A stretch of 64,000 bases of DNA. Origin: a virus. The position numbers and the translations under genes were made by a program. How positions within the stretch are numbered: the first letter of the stretch is position 1; each line of letters begins with the position of its first letter. Positions 59,470 to 64,000 of this stretch are shown here, in pieces. The DNA is taken from positions 1 to 64,000 of IMG/VR virus record IMGVR_UViG_3300031088_000737. One strand, given 5' to 3'. A model generated the notes under the pieces. That model was given only the letters and a program-made list of their open reading frames with translations. It was not told where the DNA came from and did not search any database.

Positions 59470-60531
59470 ATGTTGAGTTTAATTAAAGATAAAAGTGAAG
59501 ATATTTATTTAAAAGAAACATTAACGACAGTTTTAGATAACTTAGGTGTAAGTCATCAAGAAATTGCTAATCTCTTATGCTCAGTTGATGATAAAATTGA
59601 ATATCTTGAAAACATAAACTTATTTAAGTTTAATAACAAAGAAATAGTATTTGATTTTGGTATTGAGATTAATAAAAAAATTACATCATCATCTATCATG
59701 ATTTATTTGAATAATTCCTTAGAATTTAAAACAATTGAAATACATTTTTTGATTGATACTAATGAACTTATTATTGTCTACTATAACAACAATTTTGAAT
59801 TTATTAATTTCAAACATAAAGATTTTAAAATGAATGAAAAAAGAGAATTGCTTATAATTGCAGCAGAACAAAAGAAAAAAATTGCAATGGAGGAAGAAAA
59901 GAATAAAGAAGAAAACGAAAAAAAATTACAAAACGATTTAGTTGTTAAACGCACTGCTGATAATCGTAAAATTATTAAATCATTACAAGAAAAATTGCAT
60001 CTTTTTCAATATGATGTAAGAGATTTTGATTATATTTGCAATAAATTTTTGTTAACTAATGTTCAATATGATAATTGGAAAATAGACAGTGATAGAACCT
60101 TCATGTTATATGATAATACTAAGAAACTTTCAACTACAATTTTACGATCAGGCATTGTTCCTATTTCATCAAAATCATTTTGGGAAAAATGTGATATAGA
60201 ATTTGATGATAACCTGAATATTATTGGTGTTGAATTTAAAATAAAACAAATAACACTGGGTGATTATCATATTTATGTATTTAAACTTGATACTAATTTT
60301 AATATAAAAGATTTTTGCTTGATTGAAGTTATTAATAAAAAGATAAGATCATCAGATTATAGTTATAATAAATTCGTATTCAAAGATCTAGTTTCTATTT
60401 TAAAATTTAAATTGAGTGGGAACCCATATATTTATGAAGTTATCCCAGAAGTTATTGTTCCTTCGGCATACGATTTTAATTCAGAAGACTTTAAAAAACG
60501 ATTGTTAATTGCTGAAATGCTACTTGTTTGA
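59470..60531 (+). CDS. hypothetical protein with C-terminal tag, paralogue of 60562-61551
   Basis: ends PSAYDFNSEDFKKRLLIAEMLLV. Confidence 0.75.
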   Translation: MLSLIKDKSEDIYLKETLTTVLDNLGVSHQEIANLLCSVDDKIEYLENINLFKFNNKEIVFDFGIEINKKITSSSIMIYLNNSLEFKTIEIHFLIDTNELIIVYYNNNFEFINFKHKDFKMNEKRELLIIAAEQKKKIAMEEEKNKEENEKKLQNDLVVKRTADNRKIIKSLQEKLHLFQYDVRDFDYICNKFLLTNVQYDNWKIDSDRTFMLYDNTKKLSTTILRSGIVPISSKSFWEKCDIEFDDNLNIIGVEFKIKQITLGDYHIYVFKLDTNFNIKDFCLIEVINKKIRSSDYSYNKFVFKDLVSILKFKLSGNPYIYEVIPEVIVPSAYDFNSEDFKKRLLIAEMLLV

Positions 60532-60561
60532 TAATTAATTGATAACCATTGAGGATTTTTT

Positions 60562-61551
60562 ATGCTACAAAAAAAATATGACAATAAAGAAGAAAACCTT
60601 CAAATCATAAAGAATAGTTTAACCTATGTTTTGACCACATTAGGAGCATCTGAGTCTTTTATTGAAAGCTCGTTGAATGACATTATTTCTTCTGAATTAA
60701 GTTATTCTTTCGTTAATGATTTTATGAAGGTAGATTTTGGTGATGATGTTAATCAATCAGTTTCTTCATCTACTATTGTGACACACTTCAACGCATCAGC
60801 AGCCTTATATAAAGTCCATGTTGAATTTAGAGATGAAGTTAAAAAGTCAACAATGGTCATGATTTACAATGCTGATATGGATTTTGTTGATTATCAATTT
60901 AAAGAAGACATTCCTAGTCGCCATAGATATTATCAAAATTTATGTGATCTTGAATTTGAATTAAAACGCTCATTGATTTCACAGTTAAAAAGACTTCCAT
61001 CTGTATTTAAATGTGATGAAAACCTCCTTGATAAGTTTTTTAACCAAATCTATTTAACTAAACATCATGATTACCATTCAGTGGGCGAAAACACGAAAAA
61101 TATGAAATTCTCGTTATCGTATAGCTCTCAAAAGTTCGCAATAAAAACCAACATTTTTTCAATAAATGTTGATTACTTTAATCATTCAAAATTTGACATA
61201 ATTTGCGAAATAGAATTTGATACATTAACAAAAATAAAAGATATAACCTTTATCTTTCAATCAAAATCAGTAGATAGATATAAGATAACACAAGATATTA
61301 TTTCATTTGACTCTGATCTCAGTCTTTGGCGTTATCAGAAAAAATATTTTGCAGACAAGCATATAAAAATAGATCTCATTCCAACCAATGGTTTAAGCAA
61401 TGAAGACTTTTATTTTTTGCTTAATTTAAAATTTTGTCCACATCCTGAAATTCATGATATCTTACCTGAGCTGATGAATCCATCAGCTTATAACTTCAAT
61501 TCAATAGATTTTAAAAATAGGTTGAATACTGCAGAGATGTTATTGTTTTAA
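60562..61551 (+). CDS. hypothetical protein with C-terminal tag
   Basis: ends PSAYNFNSIDFKNRLNTAEMLLF; terminator at 61572-61600. Confidence 0.75.
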   Translation: MLQKKYDNKEENLQIIKNSLTYVLTTLGASESFIESSLNDIISSELSYSFVNDFMKVDFGDDVNQSVSSSTIVTHFNASAALYKVHVEFRDEVKKSTMVMIYNADMDFVDYQFKEDIPSRHRYYQNLCDLEFELKRSLISQLKRLPSVFKCDENLLDKFFNQIYLTKHHDYHSVGENTKNMKFSLSYSSQKFAIKTNIFSINVDYFNHSKFDIICEIEFDTLTKIKDITFIFQSKSVDRYKITQDIISFDSDLSLWRYQKKYFADKHIKIDLIPTNGLSNEDFYFLLNLKFCPHPEIHDILPELMNPSAYNFNSIDFKNRLNTAEMLLF

Positions 61552-61611
61552 ACGAGTTTAAAACTAGATATAAAAAAATCCGCTTTTTCTGGCGGATTTT
61601 GTTGTTATATT

Positions 61612-62073
61612 CTATTCATCTGTTTCTTCTTCAATAGTTTCAAGAACTTCTTCGATAAAGAATGTTAAATCATTAATCAATTCTGTTTTATAGTTATCAT
61701 CTTCTATATTGACAATATTATAGATAGATACAATAAATGAGACAAAGAACGGTTCTTGTTGTTCATATTGATTTATCTCTAATGATGTTTGAGCATTAAA
61801 AATATCATTAACATTTTTATCAATATATGGTTTTAAAGCTTTAAAACTGCTGGTTATCTGTGTAATGGTTGTTACACCTTCAAAATCATTAATTTCGCAT
61901 AGTTCGTATAATTTGTTGAGATAGATATCTAATGCTTCATCAATTTTTTCAACACTGTTGTTTTTTATGAATGCTATCATGCCTTTTCGAAGTCTGTCTG
62001 CATCTTTGGAATCAATGTCACCAATTTTGTAATTTTTAACTTTTTTGATTAGTAGTTCTTTAAGATTGAGCAT
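61612..62073 (-). CDS. hypothetical protein
   Basis: GAGG SD; 153 aa. Confidence 0.7.
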   Translation of the reverse strand: MLNLKELLIKKVKNYKIGDIDSKDADRLRKGMIAFIKNNSVEKIDEALDIYLNKLYELCEINDFEGVTTITQITSSFKALKPYIDKNVNDIFNAQTSLEINQYEQQEPFFVSFIVSIYNIVNIEDDNYKTELINDLTFFIEEVLETIEEETDE

Positions 62074-62168
62074 GAAAACACCTCATTATGAGCTGATATT
62101 TTAAATCAGTCATGATGAAATGTCAATTGATTTAAAGAGACTTTTAATCTATTATTTTAATAATAAGC

Positions 62169-62197
62169 TTGCTAAATTCAAAAAAATAACGTATAAT
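62169..62197 (+). promoter_or_regulatory. sigma70-like promoter of the proS leader
   Basis: TTGCTA-17-TATAAT. Confidence 0.75.
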
Positions 62198-62222
62198 TTA
62201 AAAATACATAGGAAAATACAAA

Positions 62223-62285
62223 ATGAAAACTAATATTGCATTATTCAAAACTATTCGACCTCTACCGCTCATGTTGGGCGTCTAA
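62223..62285 (+). CDS. proS leader peptide MKTNIALFKTIRPLPLMLGV (Pro control codons)
   Basis: 20-aa ORF not in the ORF track; AGGA SD at 62210; CCT and CCG codons just before the antiterminator strand TTGGGCGT. Confidence 0.7.
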   Translation: MKTNIALFKTIRPLPLMLGV

Positions 62286-62312
62286 GACTCTATTTACTTT
62301 TAAATTGACCTT

Positions 62313-62335
62313 AACGCCCAATATGGGCGTTTTTT
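62313..62335 (+). terminator. attenuator terminator in proS leader
   Basis: AACGCCCA-ATA-TGGGCGTT-TTTT, 60 nt before the proS ATG. Confidence 0.85.
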
Positions 62336-62395
62336 ATTGCTCAAAATAAACTATTACAACACAATAAAATAAATCAATTTAAGAGGATACACATC

Positions 62396-63526
62396 ATGAA
62401 ATTTTCAAACATATTTTTTAACAACAGTTCATTCGCTAAAGATAACCAATCATTGAACTTGGTAGACTTAACTAAAAAAGCGTGCTTCTTTAACCAAGAC
62501 TCATCTGGCATTTACTCCACTTTGTCACTGGGCTATATCTTAGAGAAGAAGATAGAACGAATCATCGAAGATGAGTTATCAGAGATAGGCTTTTCACAAA
62601 TGCGTTTAAGTTTAATTCAAGACGCTGATTTATGGAAAGAAACAGGTCGATATGACCAATACGGTGAAGAATTATTCAAATTGAAAAATAGGGCTGGCAA
62701 AGAGCTTGTTTTGAGTGCTACATGTGAAGAATCCATCACTAACATTGTGAAGTCTTACTACAATTTCACGAAAACAAATTTGAAGATGTTTCAAATTGGT
62801 AATAAATACAGAGATGAGTTAAGAGCTAAATCTGGTTTAGTGCGTGGTCGTGAGTTTTTAATGTCAGATGCTTATCATTTCTCTAATAGCAAAGAGAATA
62901 TTGTGACGACTTACAATGAAGTGAAAGAAGCCTATATCAGAATATTTACACGTTTAGGATTAGAATTTCATATTCAAGGTTCTGATGTTGGTGAGATGGG
63001 TGGTATAGCCTCAGAAGAGTTCCGTTGTATCAGTGAGTTTGGTGAGGATATCGGTGAAGATGGTAGCAAAAACCTTGAAATAGGACACATCTTTAACTTG
63101 GGCACTCACTACTCTAAAAAAATGGGCTTATTGGATAATATCAAACAACATGTGAATATGGCATGCTTTGGTATTGGTGTATCCAGAACATTGATGGCTT
63201 TATTAGAAAAACAACGTGATGAAAAAGGTTTCTTTGGCACTGCAGCTTTCAATACCTTTGATTACATTATAACGGCTATTGATTATGAGAAGAATAAAGA
63301 AGTCGCTGATGGTCTTTATCAATCATTAAAGAAACAAGGTTATTCAGTCTTGTTAGATGATAGAAATGTTTCTGCTGGCAATAAGTTCAATGACAGTGAA
63401 TTGATTGGTGTTAGCAATCGCATTATTGTCAGTAACAAGAGTATTGTTAACAATCAATATGAAGTGTTGAACAGAGAAACAAACACGGCGAAAACGGTCA
63501 GTATTGAAGAATTACAACAATTGTAA
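62396..63526 (+). CDS. proS: minimal prolyl-tRNA synthetase without INS editing domain
   Basis: LWKETGRY..YGEEL, TCEE, FQIGNKYRDE...RGREFLMSDAY, EIGHIF.LG, MACFGIGVSR, anticodon domain LLDDR...G.KF.DSELIG. Confidence 0.93.
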   Translation: MKFSNIFFNNSSFAKDNQSLNLVDLTKKACFFNQDSSGIYSTLSLGYILEKKIERIIEDELSEIGFSQMRLSLIQDADLWKETGRYDQYGEELFKLKNRAGKELVLSATCEESITNIVKSYYNFTKTNLKMFQIGNKYRDELRAKSGLVRGREFLMSDAYHFSNSKENIVTTYNEVKEAYIRIFTRLGLEFHIQGSDVGEMGGIASEEFRCISEFGEDIGEDGSKNLEIGHIFNLGTHYSKKMGLLDNIKQHVNMACFGIGVSRTLMALLEKQRDEKGFFGTAAFNTFDYIITAIDYEKNKEVADGLYQSLKKQGYSVLLDDRNVSAGNKFNDSELIGVSNRIIVSNKSIVNNQYEVLNRETNTAKTVSIEELQQL

Positions 63527-63547
63527 TAACCATGTATAGAGACAACG

Positions 63548-63568
63548 AAACCGCCTAGGCGGTTTTTT
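63548..63568. terminator. bidirectional intrinsic terminator
   Basis: AAACCGCC-TA-GGCGGTTTTTT. Confidence 0.7.
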
Positions 63569-63586
63569 GTTTTACATTTTTTTTAA

Positions 63587-64000
63587 TTACAATCTTGATA
63601 GAAATCTAATTTGATCGGATGTCATTTTTAAACCTTTGGTCGTTGTGAAGGCATATCTTTTGAAATCTTCATATTCTTCGAAGGTTACGTACTTGTCTGC
63701 ACGAATCATTTTAAATCTTTCTATAATCTCTGGAACACCTATTTCGTTCACAAGTGCAAGCTTATCTATCATATCATTAGCTGAAAGACCATTAACTTTA
63801 TTATTAATGCCCTCTCTACTACCTTTTGGATAATACACATTGAGTGTTGCATAATCATTTGTATCAATAGCCATTCTTAAATTTTTACCTACATTAGAAT
63901 TTTTAAAATAGATATTTGCCTCAGCTAGTTTATCGTATTTTTCATTAAATTCTGTTTTTACATATTTTTCTGATGATGTTGAATGTATGTATGTAAAAAA
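63587..64000 (-). CDS. hypothetical protein, 5'-truncated by the window edge
   Basis: the frame of the 95-aa track ORF stays open, with no stop, from 63874 to 64000. Confidence 0.65.
   Translation of the reverse strand, partial: FFTYIHSTSSEKYVKTEFNEKYDKLAEANIYFKNSNVGKNLRMAIDTNDYATLNVYYPKGSREGINNKVNGLSANDMIDKLALVNEIGVPEIIERFKMIRADKYVTFEEYEDFKRYAFTTTKGLKMTSDQIRFLSRL

Overview
AT-rich, gene-dense window with about 68 plausible CDSs on both strands. Many genes sit in short units with their own sigma70-like promoter and intrinsic terminator. Isolated host-type genes (aspS of archaeal type, minimal proS, rtcB, gap, trxB, asnB-like, uvsE, a D-cysteine desulfhydrase-family enzyme, a CNNM/CBS protein) are scattered among many unknown ORFs and paralogue families. 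I saw no core-chromosome operons, phage structural genes, tRNAs, CRISPR arrays or integrases. The best reading (inference) is part of a very large mobile replicon (megaplasmid, jumbo phage or giant extrachromosomal element) of a probably gammaproteobacterial host. Main findings: (1) 15 ORFs, plus 2-3 variants, mostly unrelated upstream, share a C-terminal motif Phi-x-Phi-Phi-x-M-x-x-Phi-COOH; a second set ends in basic K/R tails; and a degenerate DotL/IcmO-like coupling protein is present. Together these suggest C-terminal sorting or docking signals. (2) Both aminoacyl-tRNA synthetase genes have unannotated leader-peptide attenuators (DNNDN for AspRS, RPLP for ProRS) with terminator/antiterminator geometry. 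(3) rtcB has a tRNA-sized, two-state structured leader that buries its SD. (4) A stand-alone ~80-nt sRNA candidate lies beside trxB. (5) A KAP NTPase / DUF3892 / Ser-Thr kinase cassette may be a defence module. All family calls come from motif recognition by eye; no searches or folding programs were run.
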